From contig DDYN01000041.1 of assembly GCA_002347965.1 (NCBI GenBank), positions 19,043-83,042 on the forward strand: a stretch of DNA of 64,000 bases. Direction: 5' to 3'. The translations under genes and the position numbers were made by a program. Numbering within the stretch: the stretch's first letter is position 1; each line of letters begins with the position of its first letter. Source of the stretch: Nitrospirae bacterium UBA2233. GTDB lineage: Bacteria > UBA2233. The notes under the pieces are model-generated. The model had not been told where the DNA came from and ran no database searches. It worked only from the letters and a program-made list of their open reading frames with translations. This document shows, piece by piece, positions 1 to 10,506 of this stretch.

Positions 1-1
1 G

Positions 2-1201
2 CTGGGCAGGCCCAAATCGCTTCTGGGCGAGGAAACCCCTGTCGTCGGGAACACGCTCGCGACATCGCTTGACATCCCAACGCAGATGGCTGGCTACCTC
101 GCATTCGGTCCCCACAAGGGGGCGGCCGTAGCGATCGACCCGGACACCGGAGAAGTACTCGCGCTCATCTCCAAGCCTTCGTACGACCCGAACCTTTTTG
201 CGGTCGGCATAGACCGCGCCACCTGGGCATCGCTGGCGAACGGCCCCGGAAAACCGCTCATCAACAAGGCCATTACCGGGGTGTACCCTCCAGGCTCCAC
301 GTTCAAGCCGGCCGTCGCGCTGGCAGGGCTGGAAAGCCGCAAGATCGGCCCAAACAACCGTATTTCTTGTGGAGGCTCGTTTTGGTTCGGCGGCAGGGCG
401 TTCCGGTGTTGGAAAAAGGGGGGCCATGGGGGGCTGAACGTCGTCCAGGCACTCGAGCAATCTTGCGACGTGTTCTTTTACTCCGTCGGCAACTGGGTGG
501 GGATCGACAAGATCGCCACGTACGCAAAAATGCTCGGCTTAGGCATTGCTACGGGAATCGACCTGCCGGGCGAACGGACCGGAACAATCCCGAGCACGGC
601 CTGGAAAAAGCGCGTGCTCAAGGTAAAGTGGTACCCGGGAGAAACGATCTCCTGTGCGATCGGCCAAGGGTACGTTACGGTCACCCCGCTGCAGCTTGCC
701 CTGTTTACCTCGGGGCTGGCCAACGGCCAACGGATCATCGCGCCGCGAATCGGGAAGAGCGTTCGCAATCCTGATACCGGAGCGCAAGCTCAAACGGGCG
801 ACCGCCCAGTAAGGGGGCTTACGCTCAGCCCAAAAAACCTCTCGCTCGTCCAGGAAGGACTGCTGGCCGTCGTCGAAGGCCAAAGGGGGACGGGCAAGCG
901 CGCAAAAATCCCGAACCTTCGTGTCGCGGGGAAGACGGGCACGGCCCAGGTGGTCAAACTCTCCACCTTCAAGGGTTACAGCCTCGGCGCCCTTCCCGAA
1001 CGCTACCGGGATCATGCCTGGTTCATCGCCTTCGCCCCGTACGAACACCCAAAAATTGCCGTCGCCGTGCTCGTCGAGCACGGCGAGCACGGAGCCACGA
1101 CGGCGGCTCCCGTGGCAAAAGCAATGATAGAGGCATACTTACGCTTAGTCCCAAACCCACTTTCAGGAGACATGCATGGCACTGCTAGGTCAAATCCGTA
1201 A
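2..1201 (+). CDS. mrdA: Penicillin-binding protein 2 / peptidoglycan D,D-transpeptidase, C-terminal part (5' end lies outside the window)
   Basis: The reading frame is open from nt 2 with no upstream stop. It carries the SxxK motif 'STFK' and the KTG motif 'KTGTA' of class B PBP transpeptidases. 'IDPDTGEVLALISKPSYDPN' is typical of PBP2. Confidence 0.85.
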   Translation: MGRPKSLLGEETPVVGNTLATSLDIPTQMAGYLAFGPHKGAAVAIDPDTGEVLALISKPSYDPNLFAVGIDRATWASLANGPGKPLINKAITGVYPPGSTFKPAVALAGLESRKIGPNNRISCGGSFWFGGRAFRCWKKGGHGGLNVVQALEQSCDVFFYSVGNWVGIDKIATYAKMLGLGIATGIDLPGERTGTIPSTAWKKRVLKVKWYPGETISCAIGQGYVTVTPLQLALFTSGLANGQRIIAPRIGKSVRNPDTGAQAQTGDRPVRGLTLSPKNLSLVQEGLLAVVEGQRGTGKRAKIPNLRVAGKTGTAQVVKLSTFKGYSLGALPERYRDHAWFIAFAPYEHPKIAVAVLVEHGEHGATTAAPVAKAMIEAYLRLVPNPLSGDMHGTARSNP

Positions 1202-3071
1202 ACGGGCCTCGGGGATTGGCATTAAGGTTATCTTCGGGCTGATTGCGCTCACCTTCGTCGTCGGTTTCGGAATCCTGCCGAACATCGGCGGGCCTAACAA
1301 AGAGACGACGGCCCTCATCGAGGCAGGCAAAACCAAGATCGACCTTTCGGAATTCTTGATCGCGTACAATCAAACGCTCGAAGAGTTAGAAAGGGCCTAC
1401 GGCGGCCAGATTCCAAAGGCCATGCTCGAAAATTTTGGGTTGAAACAGCGCCTTGTGGAGGCATTGAAGACTAAAGCCGTCCTGCTCGAGCAGGCCAGGC
1501 TTTGGGGGCTGGAGATTCCGGACGTGGTGCTCGGCCAAGAAATACAAAAGGCCAAGGCCTTCCAAACAAACGGCCGATTCGACCCCGACAGGTACAGGGC
1601 CACCCTCCGGAGTGCAGGAATGACCCCGGAGCGCTTCGAAAAGGCCTTTAGGCGAGACCTCACTACAGGCTGGGTCGAACAGCTCATGGACGGGCTTGCC
1701 GTCCTTCCTGAGCCAGCGTTGCAGGCTGTTTTCGAGGCACTCCATCACAAAAGGGTCTTCTATGCAATCGAGCTTCAAGAGCCCGACATTTCGCCGGAAC
1801 AGCTCGACGAAACCCACCTGAAGGCGTATTTTTCGAACAACAAGGAAGCCTTCAGGGCGCCAAAGCGCGTACGTGCAGAGATTTTAGCCTTCGAGCCGAT
1901 CCTGCTCCTTGCTAAGGTTCACCCCGACCCGAAATCGGTGGAAGCCTACTACCGAGCCCATATTGAAGAATTCAAAGAGCCAAAGCGTTGGCGCATCGCC
2001 CAGATTCTCGTCAAGGATGAGGCCAAGGCCAAGGAGGTCCGGAGTAAGATCGCCAAGGGGGAGCGCTTCGAGGACGTTGCGAAGGCGTTCAGCGAAGACG
2101 AGGCCTCCGCCAAAAAAGGCGGGGACGTGGGGGAAGTCCGGGCTGCGGCCTTGAACCCGTCCATAAGAAGGGCGCTGTTCCAGCTCAAGGAGGGCGAGAC
2201 ATCGGAGCCTATCCGCGTGGGCGAGCAGTTTATCCTAATCAAGGTGCTCAAAATCCTTCCCGAATACACGCCAGAGCTTGAAGAAATGCAGGGCTTGATT
2301 GTGGAGATTCTAAAGCGCCACGAAGCCGATAAACTCGCGAAATTCATGTCCGAGAAGGCATATACGACGCTCAAGGCCGCAGAAAGCCCAAACCTGATGG
2401 CATACGGGGGCCAGCAGGGTATAGGCGCTTTTGAGGCCGAGCTTACCAAGCAAGAGCAACCGATCCAGGGGCTGGGCTACTACCCGGACCTTAACAAACG
2501 GCTGCTTATGCTCGAACAAGGGGAGCTTGCGGGCCCGATCGCAACGAGCAGGGGGTACTTCATCGCCTACGGAAAAGAGGTGCAACCTTCCTTAATCCCC
2601 CCCTTCGAAACGGTCCGCGACGAGGTACAAAAACGTCTGCACAAGGAGCTCGCGCAAAAAGAGCGGAGCGCCCTCATCGAGAGGCTTTCTAGGGCGCTGG
2701 CGTCGTCTAAAGACCCGGAGGACCTGCTTCGCCAAGAAGGGATGGCTTACCGCGCACTCAACCCGATCGGCCCTGACGATGCCAGGCTCGAGCCGATCGG
2801 AGAGCTACCGCCCGGACTTGGCCCCAAATTGTTCGCGCTTTCAAAGAAGACCCCCGTACTTAAAGAGCCCGTAACTTTCGGCGGAAAAAGCTTCATCCTC
2901 GTGCTCAAGGACACCATAAAGCCGCCGAAAGAAGCCTACCAAAAAGAAAGAGGGCGCGTGTTAAACCAAACACAGCAAGAGCTCCGGGCGAGCTTTCTTA
3001 CGAGATTCATCAGGGCCTTCGAAAAAGCGCACAAGGTGAAGGTAAACGAGCGTGCGCTCGATCGGGTTTGA
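1176..3071 (+). CDS. ppiD: Periplasmic chaperone / peptidyl-prolyl isomerase, PpiD-like (N-terminal TM anchor, SurA-N-like region, parvulin domain)
   Basis: Single N-terminal TM 'IKVIFGLIALTFVVGFGILP', a long chaperone region and a parvulin-like segment 'ILVKDEAKAKEVRSKIAKGERFEDVAKAFSED..KGGDVGEV'. Overlaps the mrdA end by 26 nt. Confidence 0.75.
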   Translation: MALLGQIRKRASGIGIKVIFGLIALTFVVGFGILPNIGGPNKETTALIEAGKTKIDLSEFLIAYNQTLEELERAYGGQIPKAMLENFGLKQRLVEALKTKAVLLEQARLWGLEIPDVVLGQEIQKAKAFQTNGRFDPDRYRATLRSAGMTPERFEKAFRRDLTTGWVEQLMDGLAVLPEPALQAVFEALHHKRVFYAIELQEPDISPEQLDETHLKAYFSNNKEAFRAPKRVRAEILAFEPILLLAKVHPDPKSVEAYYRAHIEEFKEPKRWRIAQILVKDEAKAKEVRSKIAKGERFEDVAKAFSEDEASAKKGGDVGEVRAAALNPSIRRALFQLKEGETSEPIRVGEQFILIKVLKILPEYTPELEEMQGLIVEILKRHEADKLAKFMSEKAYTTLKAAESPNLMAYGGQQGIGAFEAELTKQEQPIQGLGYYPDLNKRLLMLEQGELAGPIATSRGYFIAYGKEVQPSLIPPFETVRDEVQKRLHKELAQKERSALIERLSRALASSKDPEDLLRQEGMAYRALNPIGPDDARLEPIGELPPGLGPKLFALSKKTPVLKEPVTFGGKSFILVLKDTIKPPKEAYQKERGRVLNQTQQELRASFLTRFIRAFEKAHKVKVNERALDRV

Positions 3072-3214
3072 CGTAGGCCCAAAAGAAGGCCTAACTAGCA
3101 AGGCGGCGCAACAGGGCTCGAGCGGCTGCCACTCCTGCACCCTTTAAGCCCGGCCTTACCGATGGAATGGCTAAGGCTTTGTGAACGGCAAGACGTTGCC
3201 CCGAGGACGTGCGG

Positions 3215-3895
3215 TCAAGGGGCCTTGGAGGGCTGAGGAAGGGGGTGGTCTGACCCCATAGAAGAAAACGGGGAAGCCTCCAGGTAGGCTCTAAGCTTTC
3301 CCAGGGCCAGCTCGATCTCCTGGATCCTGGCCTCGATCGCCCCTTCTAGGAGCCCGTGGCAGGCGGACGTCGGAATGGCGACGACAAGACCGAAGTACGT
3401 CGTGATCATCGCCTCGGCAATGCCGCCCGCCAAAAGAGAAGGGTCCACGGGACCCCCGTGGCCCTGGATAACGAAGAACGCCTTGATCAGCCCCGAGATC
3501 GTCCCCAAGAGCCCTAGCATCGTCGAAAGGTTGGCGATGTTTGGGAGCGCGCGCAAGTGTCGCTCTAACACCTGGGCTGCCCGGGACGCCTCGATTTCGG
3601 CCGATTCTAGCGCGTTAGCTTCCCCCTCACGGTAATGGGCGAGGTACGTCCAGAGTACTCTCGGCAAAAGCCCCTTGGAAAGCTCGAGGAATGAAAGCGC
3701 TCTGGAAAAGTCTCCCCTCTCCAAGAACGCCTCCAGCCTTCCCCACACGAGCCGCTCCGGCGCCTTGGTTCGCGCGAGCACGTACAGCCGCTCGAGCACA
3801 AAGGCCAGTGCGAGGACGCTAAGCACCAAAATAGGGTGCATGAACACCCCGCCTAGCTTGTAGTACTCAACAATGCCGACACTTTGCATGTCCAA
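3215..3895 (-). CDS. MotA/TolQ/ExbB proton-channel family protein (no ExbD/TolR/MotB partner adjacent)
   Basis: C-terminal signature 'LSTMLGLLGTISGLIKAF...GGIAEAMITTYFGLVVAIPTS' is typical of ExbB/TolQ. Three predicted TM segments. Confidence 0.8.
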   Translation of the reverse strand: MDMQSVGIVEYYKLGGVFMHPILVLSVLALAFVLERLYVLARTKAPERLVWGRLEAFLERGDFSRALSFLELSKGLLPRVLWTYLAHYREGEANALESAEIEASRAAQVLERHLRALPNIANLSTMLGLLGTISGLIKAFFVIQGHGGPVDPSLLAGGIAEAMITTYFGLVVAIPTSACHGLLEGAIEARIQEIELALGKLRAYLEASPFSSMGSDHPLPQPSKAP

Positions 3896-3989
3896 GATAA
3901 GGCCGCTCCTTCTTCACTCATAAAAACGATGGAACCATTTGCCCTTCCTTAGTTATTGTACCCCGAAGACCAGCCCACCCGGATGCTAC

Positions 3990-4922
3990 TCAGGCCCGCT
4001 TATGCGGCCTGTGGGGGTACAAGACAGACGCGATCGTCGTGGCCGCCAAGATGCCCCCGATCACTCCAAGCGTCCATAGGATGGGGATATCGTAGAAGTG
4101 GCCTGCAATCATCTTGACCCCGATGAACACGAGAATCAGCGCAAGGCCGTAATTCAGGAACCTGAGCAGCTCCATCAACCCGGCCAGCGCAAAATACATC
4201 GCCCGAAGGCCCAGGATGGCGAACGCGTTCGAACTGAAGGCGATGAAAGGGTCGAGCGTTACTCCGAAAACCGCCGGGATCGAGTCCAGCGCGAACATAA
4301 TATCCGTCGTTTCGATCATCACGAGGACGACAAAAAGCGGCGTGACCATCCACTTTTGACCAACCTTCACAAAAAAATGGCCCGAGTCGTACCCTTTGGT
4401 GATGGGGAAAAACCTCTCGAGCGCCCGAAAGACGGGGTTCTTTCTGATGTCCGCCTGCTCGTTTTTTTGGAAGACGAGGTGGATGCCGGTATAAATCAAC
4501 AGCACCCCGAACACGTACAAAAGCCAATCGAAGCGGCGAACAAGATGAATGCCCACAAGGATGAAGGTGATCCTCATGACAATCGCCCCGAAGATCCCCC
4601 AAAACAACGCGCGGTGCCGGAAGGCATGAGGAACGCCGAAGAACGTGAAAAGAGTAAGGAACACAAACAGGTTGTCTACGCTTAAAGCAAACTCGATCAG
4701 GTAGGCGCCCAAGAACTCCAGCGCGGCCCTAGAGCCCATAAAGCGGTACACACCGCCACAGAACACAAGCGCCAGGCTGGCCCAAAGAATGGTGAAGGCG
4801 AGCGCCTCACGCACGCCGAGGACATGCGCCTTTCTTTGAAAAACAAAAAGGTCGAGCCCAAGCATGAACAAAAGAAACCCAAGAAACGCGCTCCATAACA
4901 AAGGCTGATCTACGATTCCCAT
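3990..4922 (-). CDS. TerC/Alx family integral membrane protein
   Basis: Polytopic membrane protein with the TerC-family motifs 'EFALSVDNLFVFL' and 'ETTDIMFALDSIPAV'. Confidence 0.85.
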   Translation of the reverse strand: MGIVDQPLLWSAFLGFLLFMLGLDLFVFQRKAHVLGVREALAFTILWASLALVFCGGVYRFMGSRAALEFLGAYLIEFALSVDNLFVFLTLFTFFGVPHAFRHRALFWGIFGAIVMRITFILVGIHLVRRFDWLLYVFGVLLIYTGIHLVFQKNEQADIRKNPVFRALERFFPITKGYDSGHFFVKVGQKWMVTPLFVVLVMIETTDIMFALDSIPAVFGVTLDPFIAFSSNAFAILGLRAMYFALAGLMELLRFLNYGLALILVFIGVKMIAGHFYDIPILWTLGVIGGILAATTIASVLYPHRPHKRA

Positions 4923-5156
4923 CCTTAATGACCCCTTAATCCTGCGTGGTATTTGCTTAGACAGGGAACCCGGTTGAACCTAGGAAACGAACTAGCCGCT
5001 TCTTAAGGGAAGCCCCCAAACGCCCAGTATGATAAACAACCCGCGGACAAGGCGTAGCCCCGCTCAGAGATTAGATTAACGTACCAGGAAAACATTTGCC
5101 AGGGCGCCCAAACCCTGCGATACTCGGCCTTACGGCGCGACGTAAAGAATTGACTC

Positions 5157-5185
5157 TTTACATCGGGAGCCTTTATGTATAGAAT
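5157..5185 (+). promoter_or_regulatory. Candidate sigma70-type promoter upstream of gdhA
   Basis: TTTACA (5157-5162), a 17-nt spacer, then TAGAAT (5180-5185), about 105 nt upstream of the gdhA ATG. Sequence match only. Confidence 0.4.
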
Positions 5186-5268
5186 ATACTCCGCTGTTTT
5201 GGCTTAGAGGCCAGATGCTTTAGGCCTCGCTTGGCGGCGATCCAACCCGAACTCATGCAAGCCAGTAA

Positions 5269-6645
<1,377 letters not shown>

Positions 6646-6658
6646 GAGGCCTCGGGGG

Positions 6659-7189
6659 TTGCCGCCCTTTCAAGAAAGAAACTCGTCCGTAAAGCACCCG
6701 CGAATAAGAGAGGCGTTCGGGCGCTTTGGTCTTCTTATGGCCTGCGGCCTGGGGGCCGGGCTTTTGCCGAAGGCGCCGGGCACGTTCGGAACCTTGCTCG
6801 GCGTGCTCGTAGAGGTGGCGCTCTTTTGGGGTCTTGACCCTGCGTGGCGTTACCCTGGCCTGCTTTTGGCTTTTGGGCTCGTGTGCGCCCTTAGCCTTGC
6901 GCTTCTGCCCCTGGCAAGCAAGCACTTTGCAAGCCACGACCCAAAGCCTTTCGTGCTGGACGAGGTTGCTGGGTACCTGCTAATTCCCGTCGTGCTGACA
7001 AACGCTCACGCTTCGGTTTGGAGGACGACGCTCGGGTTTTGCTTCTTCCGGGTCTTCGACATTTTAAAGCCCTTCCCGATCGGTTGGGTCGATCGCACGC
7101 TCGAGGGCTCGTTTGGCGTCCTCTTGGACGATCTTTTGGCCGGGCTCTTTGCCGCCCTTGCAATCCTAGTCCTGCAAGACGTCCTCTAA
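6659..7189 (+). CDS. pgpA: Phosphatidylglycerophosphatase A
   Basis: 'GLLPKAPGTFGTL', 'VLDEVAGY', 'FRVFDILKPFPIGWVD' and 'VLLDDLLAG' are colinear with E. coli PgpA. The exact start is uncertain. Confidence 0.85.
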   Translation: MPPFQERNSSVKHPRIREAFGRFGLLMACGLGAGLLPKAPGTFGTLLGVLVEVALFWGLDPAWRYPGLLLAFGLVCALSLALLPLASKHFASHDPKPFVLDEVAGYLLIPVVLTNAHASVWRTTLGFCFFRVFDILKPFPIGWVDRTLEGSFGVLLDDLLAGLFAALAILVLQDVL

Positions 7190-7235
7190 ACTTCCTTTTA
7201 AGGCGGGGGTATGCTAACCTGTGGACTTATGATCA

Positions 7236-7580
7236 ATGTCCATCACTTGGCGATGGGGGCGCACCTTGGGAATTGAAAGAGAGCAGGTTCAGCATATCGC
7301 AAGGCTTTCCAGGCTTGCGTTGAGCGATGACGAGATTACCCTTTTTAAGGGGCAGCTTGCCCGCATTCTCGATTACATCGGCATACTAGAAGAGCTGGAT
7401 ACGAGCGCTACCATGCCGCTCTACCACCCGAACGCCGAAGGCCTCTCGCTTCGGCAAGACATCCCGAGGGAGAACGGGCCGGCCGTAGACCTTAAAGGCC
7501 TGGCGCCCGAGTTCGACGAGGGCCATTTTCTTGTCCCTAGCATATTGGAGACCAACGCAAGCGAGCAAGAGCGTGCCTAA
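7236..7580 (+). CDS. gatC: Asp-tRNA(Asn)/Glu-tRNA(Gln) amidotransferase subunit C
   Basis: 'VQHIARLSRLALSDDEITLFKGQLARILDYIGILEELDT' is the typical GatC sequence. It sits directly upstream of gatA/gatB. An alternative TTG start at 7266 would give the usual length of about 95-105 aa. Confidence 0.85.
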   Translation: MSITWRWGRTLGIEREQVQHIARLSRLALSDDEITLFKGQLARILDYIGILEELDTSATMPLYHPNAEGLSLRQDIPRENGPAVDLKGLAPEFDEGHFLVPSILETNASEQERA

Positions 7581-9051
7581 CCTGCCCTTTTTGACATTGG
7601 CCGAGCTAAGGAGCGGCTATTCAAGGAAAGAGTTCCAACCCTCCGAGGTGATCGAGGCCCACTTGAAGCGGATCGAGGCGCTCAACCCGGAGCTGAACGC
7701 CTACCTAGAAGTCTTTGGGGACGGAGCAAGGGACCGGGCTAGGGCGTTGGACAAAAAGCTCGCCCAGGGCGGACCGTTAGGGCCGCTTTTCGGGGTTCCT
7801 TTGGCCGTAAAAGACGTGCTCTGCGTCGAAGGGACGAAAACGACCTGCGGCTCCAAGATGCTCGAGCCGTTCATCGCCCCCTACGACGCCTCGTGCATTC
7901 GAAGGCTGAGAGACCAAGGGGCGGTGTTCCTCGGGAAGACGAACATGGACGAGTTCGCCATGGGCTCTTCGACGGAGAACTCGGCCTTCGGCCCGACACG
8001 CAACCCGTTTGGCCTGGAAAGGGTGCCGGGCGGGTCTTCCGGCGGGTCGGCCGCGGCCGTTGCTGCGCATCTTTGCCAGGCGGCACTCGGTTCGGATACG
8101 GGCGGGTCAATCCGACAGCCTGCCGCCTTTTGCGGCATCGTAGGGCTAAAGCCTACTTACGGCAGGGTTTCGCGCTACGGGCTCGTGGCGTTCGCTTCTT
8201 CGCTCGACCAAATCGGGCCGATGACTAAGACCTCCGAGGATGCCGCGATCCTGTTCTGGGCGATCGCGGGCCATGACCCAAAAGACATGACGAGTTCGAC
8301 AAGGCCGGTCCCTCCGCTGGAGGCGTTGTTCGGCCAAGACCCGAGGCGATTTCGGCTCGGTCTTCCGAAAGAGTATTTCGTGGAGGGGATGGACCAAGAA
8401 GTCCGCGACGCGCTGCTGGCCACGCTGGCAAAGCTAGAGGGGTTGGGCATTCAAGTAGAAGAGGTTAGCCTTCCCCACACGCCATACGCTACGGCGGTGT
8501 ACTACATTATCGCCACCTCCGAGGCCAGCTCCAACCTTGCGCGCTACGATGGCGTAAAGTACGGGTTTAGCGCCAAACACGCGGACAGCATGCTCGAGCT
8601 CTACGAACGAACTAGAGCGGCTGGGTTTGGCCTCGAGGTCAAACGAAGGATCATGCTCGGCACGTACGCGTTGTCGGCCGGATACTACGAGGCATACTTC
8701 AAAAAGGCCGCGCAGGTAAGGAGGCTGATCCTGGAGGATTTCACGCGCGCCTTCGAAAAGGTCGATGCTATAGTCTCGCCGACAACCCCGACGCCTCCGT
8801 TCCTTCTCGGCGAAAAGATCGAAGACCCGCTCACTATGTACCTCTCCGACATCTACACGAACGCGCTCAACTTGGCCGGGCTTCCGGGCATGAGCCTCCC
8901 CATCGCACGAACGGGCGATGGGTTGCCCGTCGGAATGCAGATTATCGCCCCGGCCTTCATGGAAGAGAGACTCTTTTGCCTTGGCAGGCTGATCGAGGAA
9001 CTCACCAACCCCCCCATCCAGGGTGTCCCCTTCGACCAACCCATCGCGTAA
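7573..9051 (+). CDS. gatA: Glutamyl-tRNA(Gln) amidotransferase subunit A (amidase signature family)
   Basis: Amidase signature 'GGSSGGSAAAVAA...GSDTGGSIRQPA'. The GTG at 7573 overlaps the gatC stop (GTGCCTAA) and gives a homologue-like N-terminus. The longest ORF starts at 7531. Confidence 0.93.
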   Translation: MPNLPFLTLAELRSGYSRKEFQPSEVIEAHLKRIEALNPELNAYLEVFGDGARDRARALDKKLAQGGPLGPLFGVPLAVKDVLCVEGTKTTCGSKMLEPFIAPYDASCIRRLRDQGAVFLGKTNMDEFAMGSSTENSAFGPTRNPFGLERVPGGSSGGSAAAVAAHLCQAALGSDTGGSIRQPAAFCGIVGLKPTYGRVSRYGLVAFASSLDQIGPMTKTSEDAAILFWAIAGHDPKDMTSSTRPVPPLEALFGQDPRRFRLGLPKEYFVEGMDQEVRDALLATLAKLEGLGIQVEEVSLPHTPYATAVYYIIATSEASSNLARYDGVKYGFSAKHADSMLELYERTRAAGFGLEVKRRIMLGTYALSAGYYEAYFKKAAQVRRLILEDFTRAFEKVDAIVSPTTPTPPFLLGEKIEDPLTMYLSDIYTNALNLAGLPGMSLPIARTGDGLPVGMQIIAPAFMEERLFCLGRLIEELTNPPIQGVPFDQPIA

Positions 9052-9060
9052 AGGAAGGCC

Positions 9061-10506
9061 ATGGCCTGGGAAACGATCATCGGGTTAGAGGTTCACGTCC
9101 AACTGGCAACGCGCTCAAAGATGTTTTGCGCGTGCCCGAACGTGTTCGGGGCCCCGCCCAACACGCTTACGTGCCCCGTATGCCTAGGGTTGCCCGGAGT
9201 ACTCCCCGCTTTGAACAAACAGGCGGTTTTATTCGCGGTCAAAACGGCCAAGGCCCTGAACGCCCAAGTTCACCCACACAGCCTTTTTGCGAGGAAGAAC
9301 TACTTCTACCCGGATTTACCCAAGGGCTACCAAATCTCCCAGTATGAACAGCCGCTCGCAACGACTGGCAAGCTTGAGATCGAGACGCCCGGCGGAACCA
9401 AGGTGATTGGCATCACGCGGCTGCACCTGGAAGAAGATGCGGGCAAGCTCGTCCACGAGGCGGAGTTCACGAGGGCCGGTGTTTCGTACGTAGACTTGAA
9501 CCGTGCCGGAGTCCCGTTGATGGAGATCGTGAGCGAGCCCGAAATCTCGACCCCGGAGGAAGCCATGGCCTACTTGCGCGCGCTAAGGGAGCTCGTGCGG
9601 TACCTGAAGGTCTCCGACGGCAACATGGAAGAAGGCAGCCTGCGCTGCGACGCCAACGTATCCGTCCGGCCAGAGGGTTCTCGAACGTTGGGGACCAAAG
9701 CCGAGCTTAAGAATATGAACTCGATTCGTTTTGTCGGAAAGGCGCTGGCCTATGAGGTCGAACGCCAGGTTCGAGTGCTCGAATCTGGCGGCAAAGTCGC
9801 GCAGGAAACTCTGCTTTGGAGCGAGAAACTAGAGAAAACGCTACCCATGCGCTCCAAAGAAGAGGCGCACGATTACAGGTATTTTCCGGAGCCCGACATC
9901 CTACCGCTTGCGATCGAGGGGGAACGGATCGAGGCGTTGCCGGAGCTCCCGTGGGACAAGCGCGCGCGTTTCAAGCGGGTATACGCCCTAACCGACGAAG
10001 AATCCGGCATCTTGACCGAACACCCCGCGCTGGCGGAGTTTTACGAAGCGCTCGTCGAGGCGTTCCCCAACCCGAAGACCGCGAGCAACTGGATTTTGGT
10101 AGAGCTGCTCAAAACGTTTCGGCCAAAGATGAACCGGCTGGATTTTTTCCCGGCCGTTTCGCCAAAAAGAGTGGCCCGAGTACTCTCGATGATCGAAGAC
10201 GGCATTATCAACCAAAGCACGGCCAAAGACCTGCTTGCCAGGCTGCTAGAAGAAGACTTCGACCCCGAGGCTTTCGTGGCCCAGCAAGGGCTTGGACAAA
10301 TATCGGATGAAAAAGCGCTACTGGCGTGGATCGATGAGCTTTTCGAGCGCCATCCAAGCCAGGTCAATGAATACCTGGACGGAAAAGAAAAGGTATTTGG
10401 TTTTTTTGTAGGCCAGCTCATGAAGATGAGCCAGGGCAAGGCCAACCCGAGGCTGTTGAACACGCTCCTTAAGCAGAGGTTCGATGCGCGGAAACCTGCG
10501 TCCTAG
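9061..10506 (+). CDS. gatB: Asp-tRNA(Asn)/Glu-tRNA(Gln) amidotransferase subunit B
   Basis: '[13 protein letters not shown]', 'KMFC.C', '[15 protein letters not shown]' and 'LHLEEDAGK', plus the C-terminal YqeY-like tail. Confidence 0.95.
   Translation: MAWETIIGLEVHVQLATRSKMFCACPNVFGAPPNTLTCPVCLGLPGVLPALNKQAVLFAVKTAKALNAQVHPHSLFARKNYFYPDLPKGYQISQYEQPLATTGKLEIETPGGTKVIGITRLHLEEDAGKLVHEAEFTRAGVSYVDLNRAGVPLMEIVSEPEISTPEEAMAYLRALRELVRYLKVSDGNMEEGSLRCDANVSVRPEGSRTLGTKAELKNMNSIRFVGKALAYEVERQVRVLESGGKVAQETLLWSEKLEKTLPMRSKEEAHDYRYFPEPDILPLAIEGERIEALPELPWDKRARFKRVYALTDEESGILTEHPALAEFYEALVEAFPNPKTASNWILVELLKTFRPKMNRLDFFPAVSPKRVARVLSMIEDGIINQSTAKDLLARLLEEDFDPEAFVAQQGLGQISDEKALLAWIDELFERHPSQVNEYLDGKEKVFGFFVGQLMKMSQGKANPRLLNTLLKQRFDARKPAS

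Noticed and set aside
1176-1201. mrdA is followed by a ppiD-like gene instead of rodA. I considered flagging this as an unusual elongasome arrangement.
   Set aside because: Only the 3' part of mrdA is visible and rodA may lie elsewhere. Gene order around mrdA varies between phyla, so there is not enough evidence for a finding.
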